64,000 bases of DNA from an uncultured delta proteobacterium. GTDB taxonomy: Bacteria; Desulfobacterota; Binatia; Binatales; Binataceae. Each line of letters opens with the position of its first letter. The first letter of the stretch is position 1. The DNA lies in NCBI GenBank assembly GCA_963765675.1, contig CAVXXK010000001.1, positions 32,001 through 96,000 of the forward strand, written 5' to 3'. Below the pieces are notes generated by a model. The model saw nothing but the letters and a program-made list of their open reading frames with translations. It ran no database searches and had not been told where the DNA came from. The position numbers and the translations under genes are program-made. Shown here one piece after another: positions 49,621 to 59,976 of this stretch.

Positions 49621-50916
49621 TTATCTGAGTGCTCCCCGGTAGCTCAGTCGGTAGAGCAGACGGCTGTTAACCGTCGGGTCGCTGGTTCGAATCCGGCCCG
49701 GGGAGCCAATCCTAAGTGATTGATATTCCAAGCTTTTGTTATCGCTCTGGGACAAAGCAGTAGATCCGTTAGCAGGCGACTGTGTGGACTTTTGTGGGGA
49801 CCCGCTCCTTGGACCGGAATGATCCACCGTTACGTCCGGTTCAAGCGTTGCGATCGCATCGCGGCGCGCCTGCACGCGAATGTGCGCATACCGACCGAGC
49901 ATTCGCGGACTGACGTGCCCAGCCAGTTGACGAATCGTTTCCTCCGAGACGGTCGGATTCTCCGCGAGCCGGGTAACGAACGTATGGCGGGCGTCGTAAA
50001 AACGGATGTTGACGCCCGCCTTCGCGCGAGCGGTATCGAACGCCGTCCGATAGCTCGAATAACTCATGGGCCGGTCGGCATTAACGCCATAGATGTGCGG
50101 GATGCGGTCGTTTCCTGCGATTGCGACATGATGGAACGGGAACACAAACGATTCTGGATTGGCGTCCGGAAAATGCGACAGCCAGAGCGTCAGCGCGGCG
50201 CAGGCTCGTTGGGTCAGTGGGATCATGCGACCGGTTCCCGCCTCCGTCTTCGAGCGTCCAACTACGATTTCACCCTTGGCGATCACGGCATCGCGCCATT
50301 CAAGCAGAAGACTCGAGCGGCGCAGCGCGCGAGTCTCGGACGGCCGCAGGCCGGCGTCGATCGAAAGAACGAAGAAGGGATATAGCGAAGCCGAGCGGCT
50401 TTGCCTGATCGCATCAAGCAGCCGCTGCTCATCTTCTCGGCTAAGTGCCTGGCCCACATCCGATCGCTGACGTAACATCCTGACGCGACCAGAGATGTGG
50501 GACCAAATACCGAAGTGGCGAAGTATCGCGCGAAGCGTGCCGACTTCGGCATTGATCTGGCGCCCGGAAAGCCCCTCAGCTTGGCGTTTGCGCTGAAGGT
50601 CCGCAACATCATCAGCCGAAAAGTCGGTAACCAGCCGGCTCCCAAACTGGCGTGAAAGCTTCGCGATGTATTGCCGGTAATAACGTTCCCCCAGAGGTGA
50701 GAGGCCGGTCTTGGATTGAAACCATTGGCGCGCTGCCGCCGAGAAGAGCGGTCTTTCCCGTTTCGTCAGACCGTTAACGCCGAGTTCGAGATCGCGTCGG
50801 CGGGCAAGCTCCGCCTGACGGGCAATTGTCTTCGAGTCGGTGCGTGTGCTCTCTCGAATTCGAGCGCCGTCGAATTCAAACTCGAACCACCAAATATTTC
50901 CTCGCTTGTAGAGCAT
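49621..50916 (-). CDS. Tyrosine recombinase/integrase
   Basis: AGLRPSE, KT, YDARHTF, LAGH and RYAH catalytic motifs; ORF continues antisense through the tRNA. Confidence 0.92.
   Translation of the reverse strand: MLYKRGNIWWFEFEFDGARIRESTRTDSKTIARQAELARRRDLELGVNGLTKRERPLFSAAARQWFQSKTGLSPLGERYYRQYIAKLSRQFGSRLVTDFSADDVADLQRKRQAEGLSGRQINAEVGTLRAILRHFGIWSHISGRVRMLRQRSDVGQALSREDEQRLLDAIRQSRSASLYPFFVLSIDAGLRPSETRALRRSSLLLEWRDAVIAKGEIVVGRSKTEAGTGRMIPLTQRACAALTLWLSHFPDANPESFVFPFHHVAIAGNDRIPHIYGVNADRPMSYSSYRTAFDTARAKAGVNIRFYDARHTFVTRLAENPTVSEETIRQLAGHVSPRMLGRYAHIRVQARRDAIATLEPDVTVDHSGPRSGSPQKSTQSPANGSTALSQSDNKSLEYQSLRIGSPGRIRTSDPTVNSRLLYRLSYRGALR
49633..49708 (+). tRNA. tRNA-Asn (GTT)
   Basis: 76-nt cloverleaf, anticodon loop ctGTTaa, TTCGAAT T-loop, encoded CCA. 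Confidence 0.97.
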
Positions 50917-51023
50917 GGCGTCACCTGTTTTTCGCGATCCGGGTGGATCGCTCCGCCCTGAGGTCACGGGATTTTAGGATGAAGGAAATGATTCTCGGAG
51001 AGCATCGGGTTAAAGCATTTCGG

Positions 51024-51257
51024 TTAATGCACGCTGCTTGCCTCAGCGACGTAACGGCGGACTTCGGGATCTAGCACGACGACTCGACGGCCAAAATGGG
51101 CGGCTCGCAGGTGGCCGCGCTTGATCTCAAGACGCAGGAAGGGAACCGAGACGCTCAGGCTCTGAGCCAGATCGTTGAGGGTCCACCCCAGTTTCGGAGC
51201 AACGTGCCGGGCGGCGTCGGAATTGGATGGGATTGGAGAATTGGTATGAACAAACAT
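51024..51257 (-). CDS. Excisionase-like HTH protein
   Basis: WTLNDLAQSLSVS...L..EIKRG.L.A..FGRRV (HTH_17-like); adjacent to the integrase. Confidence 0.75.
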   Translation of the reverse strand: MFVHTNSPIPSNSDAARHVAPKLGWTLNDLAQSLSVSVPFLRLEIKRGHLRAAHFGRRVVVLDPEVRRYVAEASSVH

Positions 51258-51320
51258 GATGACAAAAAACCTCGGAGATTGCTTTCACCGGACGGAAAGA
51301 GCGTTTCAGTGGAGTTACTA

Positions 51321-51351
51321 GCTACATAGCTATATCCACGCATTATGTCAA
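51321..51351 (-). promoter_or_regulatory. xis-int promoter with operator
   Basis: TTGACA-N17-TATGTA; palindrome GCTACATAGC at 51321-51330. Confidence 0.65.
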
Positions 51352-51747
51352 GCCCCGCTGCACCAGGTCGCGCGTGCGAACCGCGATGGCAGGGAACGGC
51401 ACGCGACTGTCCGCGCCCGCGTCCCGAAGGGAAGGGCGCTCCGATACCTGCTTGGGTGCGCAGCATTTTGAAAGCGCCGCCCTCTCAACCGAGTCTGGAG
51501 GGCGGCGCAGGATTCTGAGACGCGTGTGGCGGAGCGTAGCAACCGTGCCGAGCGCAGCGTCCGGCGCGGGTGCCGGCGGCGCGGTTGCCCGCGGAGCGCG
51601 CGCCACCTTTACAGCGGCGCGAAGCGGAGCGCGAGGCGTGCGATGCACGCCGTGTCCGAGCGGCGAAGCTTGCGGAGCCCGAGCGTCCGCGCTCATAGCG
51701 AAGCGCCGATGAAAAAATGATTCGACGACAGCGTTCGGCAAGACCAG

Positions 51748-54469
51748 TCACCTTCTGATGCCGTGGGCAGGGGTGATGCTCTGGCGCGGCGGTTCTGGAA
51801 CCATCTTGAGGTCTCGCGCCCAGGTTTAGGTTGAGCCGTTCCAGGGCGATCGACTTTTCGCGGTTGCGGCCGACCGCGTGCCGGAGGGCGGAACTGTCGT
51901 CGGTGTAGACGGTGACCCCGTGGCGCGCGCGGCTGATCGAGACGTAAAACTGTTTGCGGTTCACGAGTTCAGCCGAGCGAGCGGTATCGATGTTGACGAT
52001 GACGCGGTCGACCGTCGCGCCCTGGCTGGAATGCGAAGTCGAGGCGTAACCGTAGTCGATGTGGCGGAGCCGACTGGCCGCGGCTTTGACTTCGCGCCCG
52101 TCGTCCATCCGCAGCGCGGCCTTTCGGTCGTCGATTGCAACGACCGTCGCAAAATCTCCGTTCGCGACGCCGAGCGCGCGGTCGGGTGCGCGGAACTGGA
52201 TGCGGTCGCCCTTGGCGATGACTCTGCGCTCCTCGCGGAACAGATCGACGCCGGTGAGCCGCGCTGGGTTGTATTCAACTGCTCGACCGTCTTCGGTGCG
52301 CACGGTGATCCGGTTGAGATCCGAGTCTGTACTCTCGACTCGTGCGTACGTGTCCTTGCCGAGCCCAAGATGGCGGCTGCCACGGCGGTAGCGAATCACG
52401 TCGCCAACTTCGTAACTCTGAGCGCGCTGGCGCTGTGCGGTGGTTAGGTTGCGGTTGACGAGGATGATCTGCTCTTTCCCTTCGGCGCCGACATGGGAGC
52501 GCTGCTTCAGGAGTTCGCGAATGGCGGAGTTGAGTTGCCGGCGCTCGTCGTTGGCAGGACTGACGACCAATACGCGCTCTCCGGCCTCGTGCGCGGTGAC
52601 GTATTCCTGTGCGATGGATTTATATCGCGCATCAGGATTGTCGATCTCGCGGATGCGGTCATGCTGCTCGAGCAGCGCGAGCGCGCGATCGATCTCTCCT
52701 TTGGCCGCAAGCTCCACTGCTTCGCGAAGGATAGGGTCCCGCTGGCGGCGAATCGTGTCCAGCCGCGCCACCGCATCCCGGCCTGCTGCATCTGGTGGAT
52801 CGGGTCGTCCCGCCTCGATCGCATGGTGCTGATGCTGGTCGCCGACGAACACGATCCGTTCCACGCCTGCGTCGCGGGCCTGATGAAGGAGGCGGTTGAC
52901 CTGGCGCGTCGCGAGCAAACTCGACTCATCGACGATCCATAATTCCTGACGGCCAGAAGCGGAGATTTTATTTTCGATCAGACTTGCCACGGTTCGGGAC
53001 TCGACTCCGGCTTCGGATAGCGCCTTGACCGCGCGCGTGGTCGGAGCAAAGCCGCGCACGGCGTAGCCGTGCTCTTCGGCGAACTCGCGGATCGCTCCGA
53101 CCGTGGTGGTCTTCGCGCTGCCGGCGCGGCCTTCGATCGAGGTGAGCCAGTCGGGCGTCGTGAGGATAAGTTGCGCGACTTCGATTTGATCGGCGAACAA
53201 TCCTCGGTCCGTTGCCCATCGGCGAATCTCTGTGTCATTCGCGATGGGCAGAATTTGGCCTTGGCCCGCGCGCATCAGGTCGAGGTTATCGCGCTCAAGG
53301 GCGAGCATCTCGGAAGTGGTGAAGGTGCCGCCCGGTGAGGCGATGGAAGCGTCCAGGACGATCAGCGCGCGGCGTTGTTCCCAAGCCATGCCCTCGCGGC
53401 GCAACTGGTCGAGATCAATTACTCCCATCGCGTGCTGGAGGGCGGTTGCTTCGAGCGCGCGACGGTCGATCACCGCCTCGCGCTCGGTGCTGTGCGCCAC
53501 GGCGAAGCGAAGCGCCTCCTCGATCCTTGCCTGGGTGGAGACCCGAACGGCGGCCTGGGTGTGGGAATGGCCCTCGAAGCGGATTCCGTAATCTCGCGCG
53601 CGCATGCGCCACTCCTCGCGAAGCTCGCCCTCGTCGCGCTGCTGCTTTGAGAGCCGGCTCTGATGAGCGATATTCTGCGCCGCGGCCGCTCCGCTGAGGC
53701 CGTTTCGCGCGAGCGTCTGCTCGATGTCCCGGCGGCGGCGCGAGAACGCCATCACCTGTTCTCGGCTATAACCTTCGAGCTCCCAGCGTCCATCGCCGCC
53801 GGTAACCGTGATGCCGTAGCCAAGTGAACGTACTTCGCGAGCCAGCTCGGAGCGATAAACCGCGCTGGCGAAGCTCTGTGAGCGATAGATCTCGACCGGG
53901 TCGAGCCCACGCCATGCGCCGTCGGGCCGGCGAGTCATGTTGGCGATGACGACGTGGGTGTGGAGATGCGGATCGGGACCGTAGCCGTCATCTGCACCTT
54001 TGGCTGGACGCGCCGCGATATGGTCGAAACGCGCGGCGACGATGTTCCGGGTGAGTACCCATTCGCTGCCGCCCTTCTGACGCGACAGCGCGTAATGCTC
54101 CAGCTCCGTCAGCGCGGTGCTGACCGCGCGGCGATGCGCATCGGTCAATCCGGCGTCTCCACCCGCCAGCGCCTGAATGCTGACCGACTTGGGCGCGTTG
54201 AAGGTCGCGTCCCATCCCGCGCGGCGTTCGGTTCGTCCATTGGCGTTGCGGACGAGAACTTCGGCAGTGCCCGGCTGTTGGCCGCGAAGTATCGCGCGAA
54301 AATCTTCGGGAGCGACTTCGTCAGAGAGCCCGAGTGCGTCGGCGCCCTGCCCGAACCATTGACCGACGACTCGATGTTCTTCGGTGTAGTAATCGTCCTG
54401 CGAGTACTTCTCTTCGTAGTAGGTCTCGGCCTGACCGGCGCTGAGCGCCCCGCTCGACATGACCAGCAT
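51748..54469 (-). CDS. MOBF (TrwC/TraI-like) relaxase-helicase
   Basis: YY..DDYY, DATFNAPKSVS, DPHLHTH, GRAGSAKT, VDESS and YASTSHSSQGAT motifs; compensating frameshifts near 52775-52805 and a likely one near 51820. Confidence 0.9.
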
Positions 54470-54472
54470 GAC

Positions 54473-56284
54473 TCATGCCCTCAATCTGCGGGGAGGACGT
54501 GGCGGTCGCGGGCCGCCGCTTCCCGGCGGCACAAGGAGCGGCCCGCTGCTGTCGTTTGGCGAGTCCGGCGGCAAGTCAGCGGGTTCAGTCCGGCAGATGA
54601 ACCCCGGATGACGCCGGAGCGGCGCGAGATACGGAATCGTGACTTTCGCTCGACGGTAGCCGGTGATGCAGAGATAACCCTCGAACGGGCGCAGCATCTG
54701 AACCTCACTCGCGAGCGCGACGCTCTCCACCTGCCGATGCGGGTGGATAGTAAAGCCGTCGCGGGAGTCGCCCAGCCGGGTGCTCTGACCGACGAGACCT
54801 CGGCTGACTTCGCGCTCACCGATCTGCGCACTCGACCACCGCGCGGTCTCGGCCTCGCCGGTACGCAGGATCAGCTTGGTGGCGGGCGCGGCGGCCAGAG
54901 TTGCGGTCTGGTCGTGCCCGTAGATGGCGCGAAGCTGGGTGATGGCTTGAAGGCCCAGCACCGCGCAGAGCCCGCGCTTGCGTCCGCGCACCACCAGCGT
55001 TTCGAGCTCGGCCTGACGGCGGAGCACGGGCAGCTCGTCGGCGATGATCCAGACTTTGCCGCGTGATCCGTCGTCGGTCATCAGACGTCGCACGATGCAA
55101 TCTAGCCAGACGCTCTGGAGCGGCAGCGCCGCCTCGCGCGAGTCCTCGGTTGAGCTGAGAAACAGCCACCCCTCACGGGTTCGCGCCCATTCGAGCGCGC
55201 TCCAGGCGTGGACGGCGGATCGCGGAAGATGCCGAAACGAACTGGTCGCGTTGAACGCCGTCGCGACGATTCCGGCGCCCTGCTCGTGCGCGCCTGGATC
55301 GATGAGGACCTCGGCGGGAGTCCCTCGGAGCGCTTCCTTCAGCTTGGCGCGGGGCAGCGCGAGCAGCTTCGGAAGCTCGCCCGGTTCCCTGGACTTGGCC
55401 GCGTCGAGCAGGCCGACGATGAGCGTGCGGGCCGACTGCCGGAAGAAGAAGTCGGCGCCGCCCTGACCGAAGGTATTCGCCGGGTCGGGAACCAGCGCCG
55501 CCGCGAGCGCTTCGGCGTCCATCGCCTCGCTTCCGGGTCTGAGCTCCGACCATGGTGTCCACGCCGGGCAGCGGGTATCGAGCGGGTTGAGGATCAGATC
55601 GCCGCGCTCGGGCCGGAAGAACTCAGGCAGGTACTCGCACTCGGGATCGAGCACGACCGCACTCTCTCCGCGTGCTTCGATCTGCCGGAGCATCCGCCGG
55701 ATCGCGGTGGACTTGCCCGAGCCGGGCGCGCCGACCAACAGAAAGTGTTGCGACTCCAGCGCGCGGGGAATCAAGACGCCGCCGAGTTCGACGCCGTCGC
55801 CGCTTAAGTCCCGGCGCAACCGCCGGCTCGGGATTACATCGGTCCCGCGCACGTACTCGTCTTCATCTCCTGCGCCACGGGGCGGAAAGATGATCAGGAG
55901 GCAGGCTCCGACTATCAGAGCGGTGATGACCGCGCCCCAAGGTGCATAATGCCAGAACCAGCCCGCGAACGAGCCGCCGAGGTAGTACCTGCGGTTGAGG
56001 AAGTCGTACATGCTGGCGATGGTGTAGCGCTGGCCGCGGTACGGCAGTGACGCGAACGTTAGTAGAATCTCCTGGGTTAGAAACCACGCCAGGAACCATC
56101 TCACGAAGTACCGGTGCGCCGCGGTCCCGCCGTAGTGGCCAGTCCAGTACCAGACCAGCGCAACCGTCAAAAGCGCCCACAGAAGCGCGATGAGGAGCAC
56201 CGCGCGGAGCGCCGTTTGCGCCCAGACATGCAGCGATGCGAGGTCGGCGCGTCGTCTGACCGCCCGATCAACATATGCGTTCAT
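54473..56284 (-). CDS. Type IV coupling protein (TrwB/TraD-like)
   Basis: Two N-terminal TMs, GAPGSGKS, LNPLDTR..W, IADELP and GRKRG motifs. Confidence 0.9.
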   Translation of the reverse strand: MNAYVDRAVRRRADLASLHVWAQTALRAVLLIALLWALLTVALVWYWTGHYGGTAAHRYFVRWFLAWFLTQEILLTFASLPYRGQRYTIASMYDFLNRRYYLGGSFAGWFWHYAPWGAVITALIVGACLLIIFPPRGAGDEDEYVRGTDVIPSRRLRRDLSGDGVELGGVLIPRALESQHFLLVGAPGSGKSTAIRRMLRQIEARGESAVVLDPECEYLPEFFRPERGDLILNPLDTRCPAWTPWSELRPGSEAMDAEALAAALVPDPANTFGQGGADFFFRQSARTLIVGLLDAAKSREPGELPKLLALPRAKLKEALRGTPAEVLIDPGAHEQGAGIVATAFNATSSFRHLPRSAVHAWSALEWARTREGWLFLSSTEDSREAALPLQSVWLDCIVRRLMTDDGSRGKVWIIADELPVLRRQAELETLVVRGRKRGLCAVLGLQAITQLRAIYGHDQTATLAAAPATKLILRTGEAETARWSSAQIGEREVSRGLVGQSTRLGDSRDGFTIHPHRQVESVALASEVQMLRPFEGYLCITGYRRAKVTIPYLAPLRRHPGFICRTEPADLPPDSPNDSSGPLLVPPGSGGPRPPRPPRRLRA

Positions 56285-56287
56285 TGC

Positions 56288-56660
56288 CTAATACCTCCGT
56301 CGCCTCCGAGGCGGTCGATGTAGTCGCGCGCGGCCTTCTCCGACGCCTCGATGATCTCGTCCACCGCAGACTCGCTCAGGCTCTGGTCGAGCGCGTGCAG
56401 GAACGCCGAGCGAGTCTTCACCACCTCGAATAACAGCCGCGTGAATCTCTCCGAGCGTTCTGTTCGAGCCGTTCGCAGGCTTTGCTGAGTGCGGCGGAGC
56501 CGCCAACTGCTGTTTCGGCGAGGTGCATGTACGTATCGACGACCAGCGACTGAATCAGCGTGGTCGGCGATAAGCCTGAACTTGCCGCCTGCTTTTCGAC
56601 TCGCGCGGCGAGCGTCTCAGGCAGCCTGATCGTGTAGGTTCTCTTGCTCTCCTGGCTCAT
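56288..56660 (-). CDS. Ribbon-helix-helix relaxosome accessory protein (frameshifted)
   Basis: RTYTIRLPETL..RVEKQA RHH pattern; TrwA-like position before T4CP and relaxase; indels split the C-terminus. Confidence 0.6.
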
Positions 56661-56899
56661 CTGACTGGACCTCCGCGCTGCAAGCATCTGTTTGCAATGG
56701 AAAATCAAGGGTTTCCGACGGTTCGCTGATTCGCTTCCACGTCTGTGTACACGTCGCGAAGCACGCGTTTACGCTGAAAGATCGCGGGCTTTTCTCCATC
56801 TCCGTACTCGTTGCTGCAAGCAGGCTTCATTCGCGAATGAGTGACGTGTCATCAACTCACACGCGCAAAGCGCGTCTGCGCATTTGGTACTGCTGCGAG

Positions 56900-57175
56900 T
56901 CAGCCTTGTGACTTGGCGTCGCCGTTGGACAAAGAGGAACTGGGGCGGCGATGATGACTGCCGCCGCCGCTGGAACGTGACCAGGTCTGGAACTCACGGT
57001 CAGCTTGCAGGAAGGCACTGAGAATCTCCGGAATCAGCGCCTTCGAATCCACGGCGTCGCCGTGAACGTGCTCGTAGTAGCGCGCGTAGCCCTCGAGCGC
57101 GGCATTCAGGTCGCCGGCCAGCGTCACGCGCACCTGTAGGGAACGAAGCGGCTTTGCGATGCGTGCGAGTTTCAT
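56900..57175 (-). CDS. DUF2274 family protein
   Basis: L...L..YA.YY...G.......LIPEIL..FL..DR.F pattern. Confidence 0.75.
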   Translation of the reverse strand: MKLARIAKPLRSLQVRVTLAGDLNAALEGYARYYEHVHGDAVDSKALIPEILSAFLQADREFQTWSRSSGGGSHHRRPSSSLSNGDAKSQG

Positions 57176-57212
57176 ATCGGACCTCCATTAATGGTTACTC
57201 GGAAAGGACTGC

Positions 57213-57542
57213 TCAGAAGGGCGCGAGGTAAGTCAGCAAATGGACCGCAATCAGCGCGGCCCAAGCTGCTACTCCGCCAGCCAGCAGGCGCCCTGCTCGC
57301 GGGTAGCTGCCGATCGCGTACAAGATCGCCGACAGCGCGAAGTTCAGCGCTATCGCGGCGTGAGCCACGGGGCCGACCAGGATGCCTTGAATCGCGCCGA
57401 GCGTCTGGTCCCATGGCATGGCACCGGCGTATTGTGCGGCCCACGATGGCTCGGCTCGAAGCGCGAACAGCGCGGCGGCACAGGCGGCGATGAGCCATCT
57501 GACGTTCGATTTCGGCGCTTGCTTTACTGCGACTGGGATCAT
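57213..57542 (-). CDS. TrbC/VirB2 family pilin
   Basis: Signal peptide, GAMPWD..L..I....GPVA motif, two TM helices. Confidence 0.75.
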   Translation of the reverse strand: MIPVAVKQAPKSNVRWLIAACAAALFALRAEPSWAAQYAGAMPWDQTLGAIQGILVGPVAHAAIALNFALSAILYAIGSYPRAGRLLAGGVAAWAALIAVHLLTYLAPF

Positions 57543-57576
57543 GGGGAGTACTTTTGCGTGGCTACGTGACTAGCTC

Positions 57577-57607
57577 GCTATGTAGCGAGATATCGGACGA
57601 GTGTCAA
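57577..57607 (-). promoter_or_regulatory. trbC/mob promoter with operator
   Basis: TTGACA-N17-TACATA; palindrome GCTATGTAGC at 57577-57586. Confidence 0.65.
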
Positions 57608-57653
57608 GCGTGAAGATCGATCAGCGCGAAACGGTCGGGAGCTTGTTGGCGGG

Positions 57654-58320
57654 CTACTCGGTCAGATAGCCGAGCTGGGAGAGCCGCACGGTGGCGGCTT
57701 CGACGGATACATCGAACGCAAGCGAAATACGCTGGCAGAGCGCTGACGCTTCAGGCGATCCCTTGGCCACCGGCGGGCGCTCAGAGCGATTCTGGAAATA
57801 AGCCTCGACCGCGCGCCGCGCGAAGCTCTCCGGCATCAGCAAGGCACCCGAGGCATAGCCCGCCTGCCATTCAAACCAGTCAACGACCGCGCTCGGTCGG
57901 AAGCAGGCTCTGCCAGTAACAGCGGTGCGGACTGCGGGCAGCGCCGTACTTGTCGTACAGCCAAGCGTGGAGCATCACGTGGCCATATTCGTGGGTCAGG
58001 GTCGTGCGCAACCGGTTGTTACGATGCCGTTGCTCCCACAGTTCCCGCGCGATTGTGACCCGCGGCTTTCGGCCGCGCTCGAACTGGGTGAAACCAAAGA
58101 CCTCGTGAATGTCATCGGAAAGATCCGTCGCCAAGTCGAGGTCGGCGGCGTCACGCTCGATCAGCATCGTGACCGCCTCGGTCGGCACCGGGATGCGTTC
58201 AAATCCGAAGTGCTGGCGCAGAAAGGAGGTGATCGTCTCCTCGCACATCTGCTCAAGCTCGCCGATCTCCCAGTGCGGACGCTCCGGAAAGCGCCCGGTC
58301 CTGTCCGGTATCATCTTCAC
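57654..58320 (-). CDS. ImmA/IrrE family metallopeptidase (frameshift near 57890)
   Basis: RTTLTHEYGHV; EWQA...GALLMP and F.VS.EAA..RL in the second frame. Confidence 0.85.
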
Positions 58321-58640
58321 GGCTTCTTCCTGCGCTTTACTTCCCGCCGGAACGCCTTCCAGCCTGCGGCGAGTTCCTGCGCACTGTTGACGGTCGTCGC
58401 GCTGAGGTCGGCTGGAAACCGCCCTGCCAGAAAGTAGAGCACATCCGAATCGACCTTGAGAACCTTGGCGAGTTGTTCAAGGACTTCGTCGGAAGGCTTG
58501 CGCCGGTCGTGTTCGAGGTCAACCAGGAACGGAATCGAGATCGGCTTGCCATCGGAGTTGCGCACCTCCGCCACCACCTCGCGTCCCGCCAACCCCAGCT
58601 CCTTGCGCCGCTCAACGATGAACTGTCCGAGTGTCTGCAT
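58317..58640 (-). CDS. XRE-family HTH repressor (ImmR-like)
   Basis: LGQFI.ERR.ELGL..., LE..RRKPS..L..LA.VL pattern; coupled to ImmA. Confidence 0.85.
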   Translation of the reverse strand: MQTLGQFIVERRKELGLAGREVVAEVRNSDGKPISIPFLVDLEHDRRKPSDEVLEQLAKVLKVDSDVLYFLAGRFPADLSATTVNSAQELAAGWKAFRREVKRRKKP

Positions 58641-58645
58641 TAATA

Positions 58646-58676
58646 GCTATGTAGCATAATGGAATGTGATTAGGAA
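58646..58676 (-). promoter_or_regulatory. Leaderless repressor promoter with operator
   Basis: TTCCTA-N17-TACATA, 7 nt before ATG; palindrome GCTATGTAGC at 58646-58655. Confidence 0.55.
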
Positions 58677-59065
58677 GATATGCTGCTCACATCATCCTCT
58701 TGCCGTAAGTGTGACACAACTATTCGACTTTTAAACAGTCTCCGCTCCGCTTTGTCTCAAAACCTAATTCTTCTTTTTCCTCTTCTTTCTTTTCTCCCCC
58801 TCCCCCCTCTCCCCCCCTCACCCCCTCCCCCCCCCTCTCCCCCCCGGAGATCTCCCCGATCCGGTGCTTGTCACGTTGCGTCTAAACATTGAGGTATGGA
58901 AGGTTGGCCGGACCCCGTCGCGCGTCGGACGACCCGACGTGCATCAATTGTGGCAGCAGCGCGTATCCCATTGCTGAACAAGCTGGCCGATCGGTCATCG
59001 AGTTTCGTTGAAGCCGCTCGCGCAGAGAATTTCGCACAATATCGGCTCCCCCCCCCCCCCATATA

Positions 59066-59976
59066 TCAGGCCAGGTTCCATCGACATTGGATTTCCTGAC
59101 TGTTCAAGACGTCGATCACGCGCACTGGTTCGCCGAGATCGCTCCATTCGCATCCGTGAACCGGAAGGACCGCAAGATTCGTCGGACGCCTCGCCAAAAC
59201 GTCCCGTGAAAAGTCCGTGTCATAGGAAGCGTACAGGATCTCGACGAATCGCTCCTCCGAGCTGGTCAGGAGTGCTCGACTTACGCGTGCGAAGGAGCGG
59301 TAGAGTTCCGGCGCCGATACCATGATAAGTCCCAAGAGCGTGGACAAACCAGCCACCATCACGAAGCTATTCCAGAGGCACGCGCGCTCCAGAAGTGTTT
59401 TGGCCAACTTCGGCGACGGTTTCACATCGCGAATGCCGGTATAATCCGCACCTACAGCCGGCCCCGGTTCGATCCAGCCGTAGGCGGTTTCACCACTGTC
59501 CGCGGCGATACCCAGGAGTACCGTCAACTCGGGGCGGAGTCTGACGGCGTGGAAGGCCAGATCAACGTGGCGCATGAAGTGGCGTTCGTCGCTCACGAAG
59601 TGATCCGACGGAAACAGTGCTACGTATGCGGTGGACTCCAATTTCGACAATCGGAGGAGCGAATAGAGGATCGCTGCGGCGGTGCCACGATTGTCGGGCT
59701 GAGATCACGAGATTTTGCTGCCGCACAGCTCCAAGCAGCGGTTCGTAGTAACGCTCATGCGCACGAGTCACCGCGATCAAGACTTGGTCGTCTGCGACCG
59801 ACAGGGAAACGCGATGGCGCGTTTGCTCGATCAGCGATGAGTCGCCGAGCACAGAGCGAAACTGTTTCGGCCTGGAATCATCCGCAATCCGTCGCGTTAG
59901 CGGAGATAATCGCTTCCCCCTCTCCGCCCGCCAAGATGATTGCCCAGAGGTTGCGATTCTCATTGTACGACCGCAT
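59066..59976 (-). pseudogene. Mannose-1-phosphate guanylyltransferase-like nucleotidyltransferase, frameshifted
   Basis: WAIILAGGEG, RPKQF, FPSDHF and WSDLGEP motifs spread over separate frames. Confidence 0.75.

Noticed and set aside
58690-58860. Long C/T-only tract (possible triplex or G-quadruplex element, Pro-rich ORF), plus poly-C at 59047-59060
   Set aside because: Looks like low-quality consensus in an indel-rich region; not interpretable without reads
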